Assembly: GCF_000146505.1 (NCBI RefSeq)
Contig: NC_017448.1
Coordinates: forward strand, 3,300,001 to 3,332,000
Reading direction: 5' to 3'
Origin: Fibrobacter succinogenes subsp. succinogenes S85
Lineage (GTDB): Bacteria > Fibrobacterota > Fibrobacteria > Fibrobacterales > Fibrobacteraceae
Length of the DNA stretch: 32,000 nucleotides
Numbering within the stretch: position 1 is the first letter of the stretch; every line of letters starts with the position of its first letter. Made by a program: the position numbers and the translations under genes. The notes under the pieces were generated by a model, which saw only the letters and a list, made by a program, of their open reading frames with translations, was not told the DNA's origin and ran no database searches. Shown here piece by piece: positions 7,549 through 16,302 of the stretch.

Positions 7549-9194
7549 AAATTATTCTCCAACAGCTGCTTTGCATGGGTACGGACCGTTTCAGAGGTCC
7601 CACCTAACATTCTAGCAATTTCTTCGATACGTCCGTTCTTGTCGAGGTCAATAATGGACGTAAATGTCCTTCCGTCAACTTCTTTCTTGCTCACGGCGAG
7701 CTGATTTTGGGCTCGACTTGCGACTTGATGCAAGTGGGTGATGGTGAGCACCTGATGATGCTTGCCTAAATTGCGCAGTGCTTCGCCAATGCTATTGCCC
7801 GTTTCGCCAGAAATTCCGGAATCCACTTCGTCGAAAATTAGGAGCGGGACCTTGTCGAGTTCTGCCATGACGCTCTTGATGGCGAGCAGCACACGGCTGA
7901 GTTCACCGCCGGAGACTGCCTTTTGCAACGACTTTTCGCCTTCGCCCGGGTTCGGGGCGAGCAAGAATTCGATGCGGTCTGCGCCGTTTGGTGTCGGGTC
8001 CTGCTCCGTGATGCTCGTAAAGAATTTGGCTTTCGGCATGCCGAGGCTGTGCAAGATTTCTTGCACGGCCGAGTCAAAGCGCTGTGCCGCTTCTTTACGC
8101 TTCTCGGTGAGACTTGCCGCAAGGCGGTAGGTCTCTGCTTTGTGGGCGTCTGCTTTGCGCTTGAGCTCGTCGAGGTCGGCATCGAGATTCTCGAGACTGT
8201 CGAGTTCCTGCTTACGTTGTTCGGTGAGCGCAATAAGCCCTGCCACATCGGTGCGGTACTTGCGCTTGAGTTTTTGAATCGTTGCAATTCGAGAATTGGC
8301 TCGGTCAATTTCGACGGGGCTCATGGACTTTGATGGGCGGAGCCTCTGCAAGTCCTTGCAAATTCCTTCGAACGGGTCCGCGACTTCGACGAGTGCATTC
8401 AAGTCTTCTTCGTAATGCGGAATCTTTTGCGCAAGGCTACGCAATTTGTACTGAAGGTTCTGGACCTGTTCCAAAATGCCGTTATCGCAACCGATCAAAC
8501 CCTGAATTTCATTCAGCAGGTTGTGTTCCGCTTCGCTCTTGCTTGCTACGTTGACTTTTTCTTCAAGCTCTTCTTCTTCGCCATCGCGGAGTGCCGCCTT
8601 TGAAAGTTCGTCGTACTGGAATTTCAAAAAGTCTTTTTGCTGCGCCAGATCTTTTGCGTGTGCTTCGGTCTTTTGAATTTCGGCGAGAACGTTGTTCCAG
8701 GCGTTGTAGCTTTTTGAATAGTTTATCAGCAGTTCGTTGTTGCCCGCGTATTCATCGAGCATTTTTGCATGCGTGCGGATGTCGCGCAATAACAGCTGTT
8801 CGCTCTGCCCGTGCATCTGGATAAGCGATTCGCCAAGCTCCTGCAAATCCGAGAGGCTAACGACGGAGCCGTTTACGCGGGCACGTCCCTTGCCGTTCTC
8901 AAGAATCTCGCGGCGGATGATGAGTTCATCGTCGTCATCGAGTTCCAACTTTGCAAGAATTTGTTTGACCTCGGGTTCATTCGAAATGTCGAATGTTCCT
9001 TCGATGACCGCTTTTTCTTCGCCTGTGCGGACCATCGACGCTTGCGACTTGTCTCCGCAGACCATGCGGAGCGCTTTCATCAAGACGGACTTGCCGGCGC
9101 CAGTTTCACCCGTGATTGCAGTAAAACCTTCATGGAACGGGACGCTTGCTTCGGCAATGAGTGTAAAGCTATTTATTGTGAGTTGCTTTAACAT
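7545..9194 (-). CDS. recN: DNA repair protein RecN
   Basis: It has an N-terminal Walker A (ITGETGAGKS), a long coiled-coil middle and a C-terminal SMC signature and Walker B (SGGELSRVLLAIK, LIFDEVDSGISG). It is 549 aa long. Confidence 0.9.
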   Translation of the reverse strand: MLKQLTINSFTLIAEASVPFHEGFTAITGETGAGKSVLMKALRMVCGDKSQASMVRTGEEKAVIEGTFDISNEPEVKQILAKLELDDDDELIIRREILENGKGRARVNGSVVSLSDLQELGESLIQMHGQSEQLLLRDIRTHAKMLDEYAGNNELLINYSKSYNAWNNVLAEIQKTEAHAKDLAQQKDFLKFQYDELSKAALRDGEEEELEEKVNVASKSEAEHNLLNEIQGLIGCDNGILEQVQNLQYKLRSLAQKIPHYEEDLNALVEVADPFEGICKDLQRLRPSKSMSPVEIDRANSRIATIQKLKRKYRTDVAGLIALTEQRKQELDSLENLDADLDELKRKADAHKAETYRLAASLTEKRKEAAQRFDSAVQEILHSLGMPKAKFFTSITEQDPTPNGADRIEFLLAPNPGEGEKSLQKAVSGGELSRVLLAIKSVMAELDKVPLLIFDEVDSGISGETGNSIGEALRNLGKHHQVLTITHLHQVASRAQNQLAVSKKEVDGRTFTSIIDLDKNGRIEEIARMLGGTSETVRTHAKQLLENNL

Positions 9195-9230
9195 GTTGTA
9201 TAAGTTAAAAATAAATAATATCAGTTATGG

Positions 9231-9329
9231 GGTATGGGGTCGCTCGTAAACTCGCTTTGAGGTCGCTTCGCTTTGGGGTATGCTTTTGCCCATAGCCCAA
9301 AGGGAGCCGAAGGCGACCGAGCCCATACC
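9231..9329. repeat. Compound imperfect inverted repeat of 99 bp (nested hairpins) between trmB and recN
   Basis: The outer arms are GGTATGGGGTCGCTCG (9231-9246) and CGACCGAGCCCATACC (9314-9329). The middle arms are GGTCGCTTCG and CCGAAGGCGACC. The inner stem is CTTTGGGGTATG (9271-9282) against CATAGCCCAAAG (9291-9302) with an 8-nt loop. On the minus strand a T-rich tract follows it. Confidence 0.7.
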
Positions 9330-9343
9330 TGAAAACCTAATCC

Positions 9344-10096
9344 CTATTTCTCAAACTCAATAATACTTCTATAAATAGGTCTGCCTTCTTTGCGGTACTT
9401 GCGTTCGAAGCCGGTCGTGATGCCTTCGGTGGGCTCAGCCGTATTGCGGACAAGCACCTTGCAAGTCGGGTAAGCATCGAATGTTTCAAGAGCGATTTCG
9501 TTGTATTCTTTGTGGTCGGTACCCCAATAGAAAATGCGCTTGCCCGGCTTTAAGCAACGGGCGACTTCATCGAGAAAGTCGGGGCGGAGCAAGCGGTTCT
9601 TGTGGTGGCGTTCCTTTGGCCACGGGTCCGGGAAGTACATGTGGAAAGCATCGACAGTGTTGTCCTTCACGGCGTCGCGCAAGAAGTAGAAAACGTCACC
9701 GCGCAACATGGCGGCATTGCCCTGAGCAACGATACCGCGCTTTTCCATGCGTTCGTGTGCGAAGGCTGCCCACGTGAAGTCCCATTCGCTACCCATGATA
9801 AAGTAGTCCGGGTGCTTTTCGGCGTAGTCCGTCATGAAGTTTCCCTTGCCACTTCCGATTTCGACTTCGATGTGTCCGTTTTCGTTCGGGAACATGTCTT
9901 TCCAGGTGAAGTCGAGCTTGTGCGGCTTTCCGTCCGGCGTCTTGATGGGCTTGCGGTCGCCATTCGTGCGGAACACATAATGCCACAGCGCCTTCATTTG
10001 CGGGTCCTGACTCAAGTCTCGATAAAACTCCGGAATCACGACTTCTTTCGGAGCCTTTTCTTCTTCTAAAATTTCGTTGTTGATTTCTTCTGCCAT
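9344..10096 (-). CDS. trmB: tRNA (guanine-N7)-methyltransferase
   Basis: It has the SAM-binding motif VEIGSGKGNF and the TrmB signature FPDPWPKERHHKNRLL. I prefer the ATG at 10096 (MAEEINN), which has an AGGAA RBS. The ORF-track start at 10234 would add 46 non-conserved residues and has no RBS. Confidence 0.8.
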   Translation of the reverse strand: MAEEINNEILEEEKAPKEVVIPEFYRDLSQDPQMKALWHYVFRTNGDRKPIKTPDGKPHKLDFTWKDMFPNENGHIEVEIGSGKGNFMTDYAEKHPDYFIMGSEWDFTWAAFAHERMEKRGIVAQGNAAMLRGDVFYFLRDAVKDNTVDAFHMYFPDPWPKERHHKNRLLRPDFLDEVARCLKPGKRIFYWGTDHKEYNEIALETFDAYPTCKVLVRNTAEPTEGITTGFERKYRKEGRPIYRSIIEFEK

Positions 10097-10268
10097 GTTT
10101 TTGTTCCTATTAAACTTTTTTCTGCCCGCGCATCTCGCACACTCTCGTCTTTGTACATTCGCTTCGCTTATGTCCCAAATGCTAGGCTCGGTCAATATCC
10201 ATTCAAGCATGTCTGCGACTCTCGCCTTATGCATTTGTTGTCTGTAGGCGCTTGCGCCGTTCTCTCGT

Positions 10269-11195
10269 CTAGATAAACGCTACGATTCTCTCCTTGAACT
10301 TCTCCGGAATTGCCTTATCAAGCATCTCGCGGATGTGCCTTTCGGAATACTTCATCGAGAAATGACTCAAGATGATTTTTTCGCACTTGATTTCGTCATC
10401 AAGCTCATTGAGCGCGTGCACAATATCTTTCAAGTGGCTGTGGCCCTTCTTTTTGCTCATCGCTTCTTCGCCATCGTCGAGGAACGTGCATTCCGTAATC
10501 AGCACCTTCGACTGGAAAACGCGACTGTTGTCGAGCAAGCTTTCGCCAAGGCAATCGCCCATAAAGCTCACGAGCGGGTCGTAAACTTCACGCGTGATTT
10601 CGACACCGTTTTTGCGGAGTTCGATAATTTCGGCGGGCGTTTTCCCGAGGAATTCGTCCTTGAGTTTTTTCTTGTAAAAGTAGAGCGTGCCGCCCATCGC
10701 CGGGATGGAATGCTTGACTTCGAACGCTTCGAGCGCGAGGTCCTTGCGGTATCTCAAAAATTGCAATTCGCCTGCGGTGACGGGTTCAATTTCCGGGTAG
10801 CGGAATTTCGCTTCGCCAACGCCTTCAAACAAGGCTTCTGCCTTGATCCATGCTTTTGCATTTTCGCTCACGCATTCGGGCATGTAATAAACGCTATCGC
10901 GTTCAACACCCATCATCTTGCGCAAACTGTGGTGACGCATCAGGCAGCGCGCGTGGTCGCCGTGCGCATGAGTCAGGAACACGTGGTTCAGGGGAATCGC
11001 CGAGAGCGGGCATTCGCCCATGTCAATGCAAAAATCGAGTTCTGGAATCTGTATGTACGTCGCAAGGCCGGAAATCGAGAATCCGGAAATGGGCGAGCAG
11101 GGCGTATCGACGTGAATCTGCCGCAGGGCGTTGTGTATGTACTTGTTTTCGTTCACTTTTTTACCGCCCGATAATTTAGCAAAAAAGAGAGTCAA
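10269..11195 (-). CDS. Metallo-beta-lactamase-fold hydrolase, RNase Z-like
   Basis: It has the HxHxDH motif (LTHAHGDHARC) and a C-terminal LSHFSMKY that resembles the RNase Z HFSxRY motif. The start is uncertain: a TTG at 11195 or a GTG at 11156. Confidence 0.6.
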   Translation of the reverse strand: MTLFFAKLSGGKKVNENKYIHNALRQIHVDTPCSPISGFSISGLATYIQIPELDFCIDMGECPLSAIPLNHVFLTHAHGDHARCLMRHHSLRKMMGVERDSVYYMPECVSENAKAWIKAEALFEGVGEAKFRYPEIEPVTAGELQFLRYRKDLALEAFEVKHSIPAMGGTLYFYKKKLKDEFLGKTPAEIIELRKNGVEITREVYDPLVSFMGDCLGESLLDNSRVFQSKVLITECTFLDDGEEAMSKKKGHSHLKDIVHALNELDDEIKCEKIILSHFSMKYSERHIREMLDKAIPEKFKERIVAFI

Positions 11196-11205
11196 AAAAT
11201 TGACA

Positions 11206-11236
11206 CAAAAAAAAGCAGCCCCTTAAGAGCTGCTAA
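11206..11236 (-). terminator. Probable rho-independent terminator after the small lipoprotein gene
   Basis: The minus strand has AGCAGC - 9 nt loop - GCTGCT followed by TTTTTTTT. The stem is short (6 bp). Confidence 0.45.
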
Positions 11237-11256
11237 AAAGTTTGTTCGACTTGTTC

Positions 11257-11841
11257 CTATCGATTCGAAACGATTCTATCGAATTCTGCGCAAGACATGA
11301 GCTCGATGTTCACACCCATGGCCCTGCTACGAGTCCTGTCGTTGCCCTTCTTTTCTGGGATGCGGAAGCAGAAGTCGTACTTGTTGCCTCTGTCGGTCGG
11401 GATGCCCATCTTGAAAATGCGGAGGCGTTCAGAACCCTTAGGCGTGATTTCGAAGTAGTCATAAGTGTTCTTGACGCGTTCGAGGCGCTTTTCCTGGCTG
11501 AATTCGAGTTCGTTCGTAATCGGGCCTTCGAGGTTAATCGGGAGGGAGTTCTGGAAACGGAGCTCGAGCTTGCCGTTCGTCTTCACGATGGACGTTTCGG
11601 ACGGCTTGATCAAATAGCGCTGTTGCGGAATGTTCTTATACGCAATATTGTGCCTGCTAGCCTTGCGCACGCCGCAAACTTCACGCATGTCGGGGTTGGC
11701 GACAAAGTCAATATCGCGGCAAATCGGTGGAAGGTCGGTCGGAACATCGAGGTCTTCTCCGTTTTGGGCGGATGAACCGGCGCAACCGGCCAAGAGTGAA
11801 ATTGCGAGGATACAAGAGGACAACCAATATTTTTTATTCAT
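11257..11841 (-). CDS. Hypothetical small lipoprotein (194 aa)
   Basis: MNKKYWLSSCILAISLLAGC is a signal peptide with a lipobox. The mature part is Cys-containing and hydrophilic with no family motif I recognise. The 452-aa track ORF (11257..12615) extends upstream through antisense xth and is not credible beyond this ATG. Confidence 0.6.
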   Translation of the reverse strand: MNKKYWLSSCILAISLLAGCAGSSAQNGEDLDVPTDLPPICRDIDFVANPDMREVCGVRKASRHNIAYKNIPQQRYLIKPSETSIVKTNGKLELRFQNSLPINLEGPITNELEFSQEKRLERVKNTYDYFEITPKGSERLRIFKMGIPTDRGNKYDFCFRIPEKKGNDRTRSRAMGVNIELMSCAEFDRIVSNR

Positions 11842-12033
11842 GTCATCAAATATAAGATTATTATACATCAATGAGAAATTTTTTTTGAAATTCGAATAAA
11901 ATGGTGTATTTTTCTGCACAACTTTCAATATTTGTAAAGATTTGTTAACTTTCAGGCCCTGTTTAGGGCTTTTACCCTTTGGAGTTTGAAAAAATATTCT
12001 ATCTTTGGCGTGGAAAAAGAGATTGGGGTCAAA

Positions 12034-12831
12034 ATGAAGATCTACAGCTGGAACGTTAACGGTATCCGTTCTGTACTGAAAAAAGGCTTTGAGGATTGGT
12101 TCTCTGCAACTGATCCGGATATACTTTGCCTTCAGGAAGTCCGTGCCGAGAAAAACCAGGTATCTGAAATCGCAACCCGCGAAGGCTACTATACTTACTG
12201 GAACGCTTGCAAGCGCAAGAAAGGTTACAGTGGTGTAGCCGTCTATTCCAAAATTGAACCCGATGCGGTTAATTACGGATTTGACATCGAGGAATTCGAT
12301 GAAGAAGGCCGTGTGCTCCAGCTGGTGTTCCCGGACTGGGTACTCAACTGCATTTATTTCCCGAATGGTGGCCAGGGCGATGATCGCCTGGATTACAAGC
12401 TGCGCTTCTACGATGCGTTCCTTGAAAATTCCAAGCAGTGGCTTGCGGATGGCAAGCATGTGGTGACTGTCGGTGACTACAATACCTGCCACAAGGAAAT
12501 TGATATTGCCCGCCCCAAGGAAAACGAGAATGTGAGTGGCTTCTTGCCGATTGAACGCGCCTGGATGGACAAGTACGTTGAAAACGGCTTTGTCGATACG
12601 TTCCGCACGCTGCACCCGGATACTCGCGATGCTTATTCCTGGTGGTCGAACCGCTTTGGCGCCCGCGAACGCAATGTCGGTTGGCGTTTGGACTACGGCT
12701 TTGTCGATGCCGCTCTCATGCCGAATGTGGTGAGTTCCGAAATTTTAAGTAACGTAATGGGCTCGGACCATTGCCCAATCAGCTTGGAATTGGAACCGCC
12801 GTTTGCGCCGATTCCTATCAGTCACGATTAA
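12034..12831 (+). CDS. xth: Exodeoxyribonuclease III
   Basis: It shows MKIYSWNVNGIRS, LCLQEV, and near the C-terminus WRLDY and SDHCPI, which are EEP-family AP endonuclease motifs. Start taken at the ATG at 12034, which gives the typical Xth N-terminus MKIYSWNVNG. Confidence 0.9.
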   Translation: MKIYSWNVNGIRSVLKKGFEDWFSATDPDILCLQEVRAEKNQVSEIATREGYYTYWNACKRKKGYSGVAVYSKIEPDAVNYGFDIEEFDEEGRVLQLVFPDWVLNCIYFPNGGQGDDRLDYKLRFYDAFLENSKQWLADGKHVVTVGDYNTCHKEIDIARPKENENVSGFLPIERAWMDKYVENGFVDTFRTLHPDTRDAYSWWSNRFGARERNVGWRLDYGFVDAALMPNVVSSEILSNVMGSDHCPISLELEPPFAPIPISHD

Positions 12832-13892
12832 TGTGACTTGACAATCATCCAGGCTTCGTCAAATAACTTCTCTGCCTCGCCCAAGTCGGTGAGGAATACC
12901 ATGCGCTTGATTTCTTGGGCGTTGGGATTGATGACCCTGTTGTTTTTGAATTCTTCATCCATGATTTCAAGGCTCGCCTTGTTCGGTGTAGCGTAGTTGA
13001 TGGCTTTGGCGAGCTGCGCCCCGATTTTTGCGTCGAGGATGTAGTTCATGAATGCGTAAGCTCCATTGGGATTCTTTGCCTTGCTGCTAAGCGTCATGGC
13101 ATCTACCCACATGAAGCTTCCTTCTTTCGGTATGGCGTACTGGAGTGTAGAATCGGCATCAATGGCGTCCATGGCTTCACCGCTGAATACGATTGCGGCC
13201 CAGTAATTTTCTGAAATTACTTTGTCCTTGCCTATGTCGGAACCTTCAAAGCCTGCAAAGTGCGGGTCCTTTTTCGCCTGCAAAATGTAGTCTACGGCCT
13301 TGTTGATTTCTTCGGGCTTGATGCTGTTGGCGTTGTACCCGATGGCCTGGAGGGCTACGCTGAGCATGGAGCGACTTTCGTTGAGGAGGCTGAATTTTCC
13401 CTTGGTGTTCTTGGCGTCAAAGAGTAGCGAGTAGCTTACGCTGTCGGGATTGATCTTATCCCCACGGAAGAGTATGCCCGTCGTACCCCAGAGGTAGGGG
13501 AGACTGTAAGTGTTTGTCGGGTCGTATGCTTGTCCGAGGAACTGCGGTGCTACGTTGATGTGGTTTGAAATTTTGTTCGTATCGATTGGAGAGATGAGAC
13601 CGAGATGCACCATTTGCAGAATGACGACGTCCGACGCAATGATGATGTCGTATTTGCCGGAGTCCGCCATCAGAAGTTTGGAAATCATTTCTTCTTGAGC
13701 TTCATAGAGCTCTAGCTTTACTTTGTAGCCGGTCTTGTCCCTAAAGTCATCGAGCAAAGCAGGGTCAATGTATTCGCTGTAAATCATCACCGAGACTGTT
13801 TTTTCGGACGAGCCGTCTGCCCCCTGCTTCTGGATGCAGGCTGTTATTGCGATGGCCGCGAAAAACGCTATGAGTAGGATGATTTTTCTCAA
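12828..13892 (-). CDS. Spermidine/putrescine-type ABC transporter substrate-binding lipoprotein (PotD/PotF-like), with no adjacent permease or ATPase genes
   Basis: The signal peptide has a lipobox (AIAITAC). PotD-like segments include YDIIIASD and LPYLWGTTGI. It appears to start at a TTG at 13892. Confidence 0.7.
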   Translation of the reverse strand: MRKIILLIAFFAAIAITACIQKQGADGSSEKTVSVMIYSEYIDPALLDDFRDKTGYKVKLELYEAQEEMISKLLMADSGKYDIIIASDVVILQMVHLGLISPIDTNKISNHINVAPQFLGQAYDPTNTYSLPYLWGTTGILFRGDKINPDSVSYSLLFDAKNTKGKFSLLNESRSMLSVALQAIGYNANSIKPEEINKAVDYILQAKKDPHFAGFEGSDIGKDKVISENYWAAIVFSGEAMDAIDADSTLQYAIPKEGSFMWVDAMTLSSKAKNPNGAYAFMNYILDAKIGAQLAKAINYATPNKASLEIMDEEFKNNRVINPNAQEIKRMVFLTDLGEAEKLFDEAWMIVKSH

Positions 13893-14115
13893 ATTCGGAC
13901 TCTTTACTTAATACTGTGGTAATTAAAACATAAAAAAATATTTTTAGAAGATGCAATGGTTTTTGTGGGTTTATAGAGCAAAAAAGGCCGTTTTTTAGGT
14001 TTGCTTTTTGTTTGTAAGAAATGAAGTAGTAAAAAGTATGCTTAAAATTTTGTTTGTACAGACAATATATTCTATATATAGATTATCTGTAGTTCTTTAA
14101 AGAAAGGAGAAATTT

Positions 14116-14886
14116 ATGCTAAAAAAGATTATCTTGGCTGCAATGGCTATGGCTATAGCCGTTTATGCTCAAGCTAACATTAAAATTGGTGCTCATGCCG
14201 CAGGTAGTGCCGGTACGGTTTGGGGCGATAATACGGACTTGCTTGAAGTTGGCTGGGGGCCTGGTTTCAATGTCGGTGCTGATGCGAAATTTGTATTTAA
14301 TCCTGCTTTTTCATTGCTTACAGGGATTGAATTTGACTATCGCCGAGTTTCTTGGGATTTCGGCGGTTTTATGAAGAAAATCGCCAGTCCTTTTATGACT
14401 AGCGAATATGGGTATAGTTCAAAATACGATCAAATGATGAACTTGATGTTTAATATGAATATCACGTTCTCGTTCCTTTATGTTGAAGTTCCTGTTATAG
14501 CTCGCTTTAACCCGGCCCCGAACTTTTATGTGGATGCAGGTGTTGTTGTAGGTGTTAACGTGATTTCTAGTGCAACGATGAAGGTTGATACGTTTGGCTT
14601 GGAGGACACAGAAGATGTTCCTGACGAGGCAAAAAACGCAGCTGATATTAGCGCTATTGCGGGTGTCGGATATTCCGTTACAGAAAATATTGATATCAAC
14701 TTCCGCGCCGTGTTTGGCTTTACTGATATGATTGATTTCAAAAAGTTCTCCGATTCTGTAGATTCAGAAACAAAAGAGAGTACGACCAGCTCCATGGGAC
14801 TCAATTCCAGTAACAGCAGCTATTCTGCGGACATCGGTTTCAAGAACATGCGCTTTATGCTGGGTGCAACGTTCTGGTTCATCTAA
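14116..14886 (+). CDS. Outer-membrane beta-barrel protein (porin-like OMP_b-brl type)
   Basis: It has a signal peptide (AIAVYA/QA), alternating amphipathic strands and a C-terminal aromatic signature (LGATFWFI). A strong AAAGGAG RBS lies upstream. The GC content looks lower than in neighbouring genes by eye. Confidence 0.7.
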   Translation: MLKKIILAAMAMAIAVYAQANIKIGAHAAGSAGTVWGDNTDLLEVGWGPGFNVGADAKFVFNPAFSLLTGIEFDYRRVSWDFGGFMKKIASPFMTSEYGYSSKYDQMMNLMFNMNITFSFLYVEVPVIARFNPAPNFYVDAGVVVGVNVISSATMKVDTFGLEDTEDVPDEAKNAADISAIAGVGYSVTENIDINFRAVFGFTDMIDFKKFSDSVDSETKESTTSSMGLNSSNSSYSADIGFKNMRFMLGATFWFI

Positions 14887-14906
14887 TTTAACTTGAAAAA
14901 AGATGC

Positions 14907-14940
14907 AAAAAATCCCGACACGTAAGTGCTGGGATTTTTT
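14907..14940. terminator. Bidirectional terminator between the convergent OMP and aminotransferase genes
   Basis: AAAAAATCCC - 14 nt - GGGATTTTTT. The A-run and T-run arms let it act on both strands. The stem is largely A:T. Confidence 0.5.
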
Positions 14941-14958
14941 AATGGCTTTTGATATTGA

Positions 14959-16260
14959 TTACGAATGCAAGTATTCAATAATCGCATCGTGAATCGTGGT
15001 GAACACGCTGCGGAGTTCGTCTTCGTCTTCTTCCAAAAGCGTCACGCGGAAGCCCTTGAGGTCCGTGCAGAAGCTCGTGCTCGGCACAACGCAGATGCCC
15101 TTTGCACCCAAGAGGTAGTACACGAAGCGGTAGTCGAGATTCGTCGTCTTGCTGCACCATTCTTCGACTTTTTTCTTGATAATCGGATTGTCGATCTTCA
15201 GCGTCTGGTGGTTGTTGAGGGTGCCTTCACGGAAGATGATGGTGTTGTAGAATGCGCCGTAAGTCGGGTTAAAATACAGCTCCGGAATGTCGGAGAGAAT
15301 TTCATTGATGATGGCGCTCCTGCGGCCAATCTTTTCGTTCAATGCCTTGCGGTGTTCCATAAAACGCTTGTCGCCGAGAACGCGTGGAATCGTCATCTGC
15401 GGGAGCGTCGTCGAGCAGACTTCCACCATCTTTGCGTTGTCGATAGCGCGGCAGAAGGCGTCAAACTGTTCGTCCTTGTCGCGGTTGTAGTATTCAGCCC
15501 AGCCGCAACGAGCGCCCGGCCATGGGTATTCCTTGGAAATGCCCTTGAGCGCAATGCCCGGAACATCGCCGATGTATTCGGCGAGCGCGTATGCGTGGGC
15601 GCCATTGTACGTAATCTTGTTGTAGATTTCGTCGCAGATGATGAAGAGGCCGTAGCGCTTGGCAATGTCAACAATCTTCTGGAGAATGTCAAGCGGGTAG
15701 ACCATGCCGGTCGGATTGTCCGGGTTCAAAATCAAGATGCCCGCGATGCTCGGGTTGTACTTCACCTTGTTCTCGAGTTCTTCGAGGTCCGGGTACCAGT
15801 GGTTTTCCGGCTGCAGACGGTAGGTAATCGGTGCCGTGTGAGCATGGGCGGCTTCGGCAGAGCTATGCGTAGAGTAGGCCGGGGCCGGTCCGATGATACG
15901 GGTGTTCATCGAGAGCAGGCCATAGATGGTGGCGATGGCGTCACCGAGGCCGTTGAAGAACAGGATGTCATCGACGTTGATCTGTGCACCGCCGAGCTTG
16001 TTGTTCTCTTTTACCAGGAATTCGCGGGTCTCGAGCATGCCCTTGGAGGGGCAGTAGCCGTAGCTGCGGTTTGTGCGGACGAGGTCCACAACAATGTCCT
16101 TGATCCAGTCGGGAACCTGGCATTTCTTTTCAATCGGGTCGCCGATGTTTTCCCAATGGATTGGCAAGCCGAGTGCCTTGAGCTGGTTCGCCTTCTTCAC
16201 GATCTCGCGGATTTCGTAAGAAAGTTCCTTAGCACCTTCGCTCAACAATCTTCTACGCAT
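14959..16260 (-). CDS. Class I/II PLP-dependent aminotransferase (alanine/aspartate aminotransferase-like)
   Basis: It shows NPDNPTG, IICDEIY, and GISKEYPWPGARCGW, which contains the PLP-binding lysine in an SK context. It is 433 aa long with an AGGAG RBS. Confidence 0.8.
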   Translation of the reverse strand: MRRRLLSEGAKELSYEIREIVKKANQLKALGLPIHWENIGDPIEKKCQVPDWIKDIVVDLVRTNRSYGYCPSKGMLETREFLVKENNKLGGAQINVDDILFFNGLGDAIATIYGLLSMNTRIIGPAPAYSTHSSAEAAHAHTAPITYRLQPENHWYPDLEELENKVKYNPSIAGILILNPDNPTGMVYPLDILQKIVDIAKRYGLFIICDEIYNKITYNGAHAYALAEYIGDVPGIALKGISKEYPWPGARCGWAEYYNRDKDEQFDAFCRAIDNAKMVEVCSTTLPQMTIPRVLGDKRFMEHRKALNEKIGRRSAIINEILSDIPELYFNPTYGAFYNTIIFREGTLNNHQTLKIDNPIIKKKVEEWCSKTTNLDYRFVYYLLGAKGICVVPSTSFCTDLKGFRVTLLEEDEDELRSVFTTIHDAIIEYLHS

Positions 16261-16302
16261 TTTGGACTCCTAAAATGGATGTATTTTTGTGGGAATAATA
16301 GT

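Noticed and set aside
9195-9343. An SOS (LexA) operator upstream of recN.
   Set aside because: I saw no CTGT-N8-ACAG or CGAAC-N4-GTTCG type palindrome. I also saw none of the TGC..GTGCA-type motif that I vaguely recall being proposed for Fibrobacter. The only symmetry present is the 99-bp compound palindrome, which does not resemble a LexA box. A proper PWM scan is still needed.
11955-11984. Two mutually exclusive mini-hairpins (GCCCT-gttt-AGGGC and AGGG-ctttta-CCCT) upstream of xth, as a possible attenuator.
   Set aside because: The stems are only 4-5 bp, there is no leader peptide, and there is no convincing T-run. This could well be chance.
11842-12615. The N-terminal 258 aa of the 452-aa minus-strand ORF 11257-12615.
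   Set aside because: This part is antisense to xth. The real gene begins at the internal ATG at 11841, which starts a textbook lipoprotein signal peptide (MNKKYWLSSCILAISLLAGC).
12828-14886. A lower-GC stretch covering the PotD-like and OMP genes, as possibly horizontally acquired DNA.
   Set aside because: The difference is modest by eye (roughly low-to-mid 40s against about 50% GC). There are no mobility genes or flanking repeats, and both products are ordinary envelope proteins. This is not enough to call an island without a computed GC or codon-usage profile.
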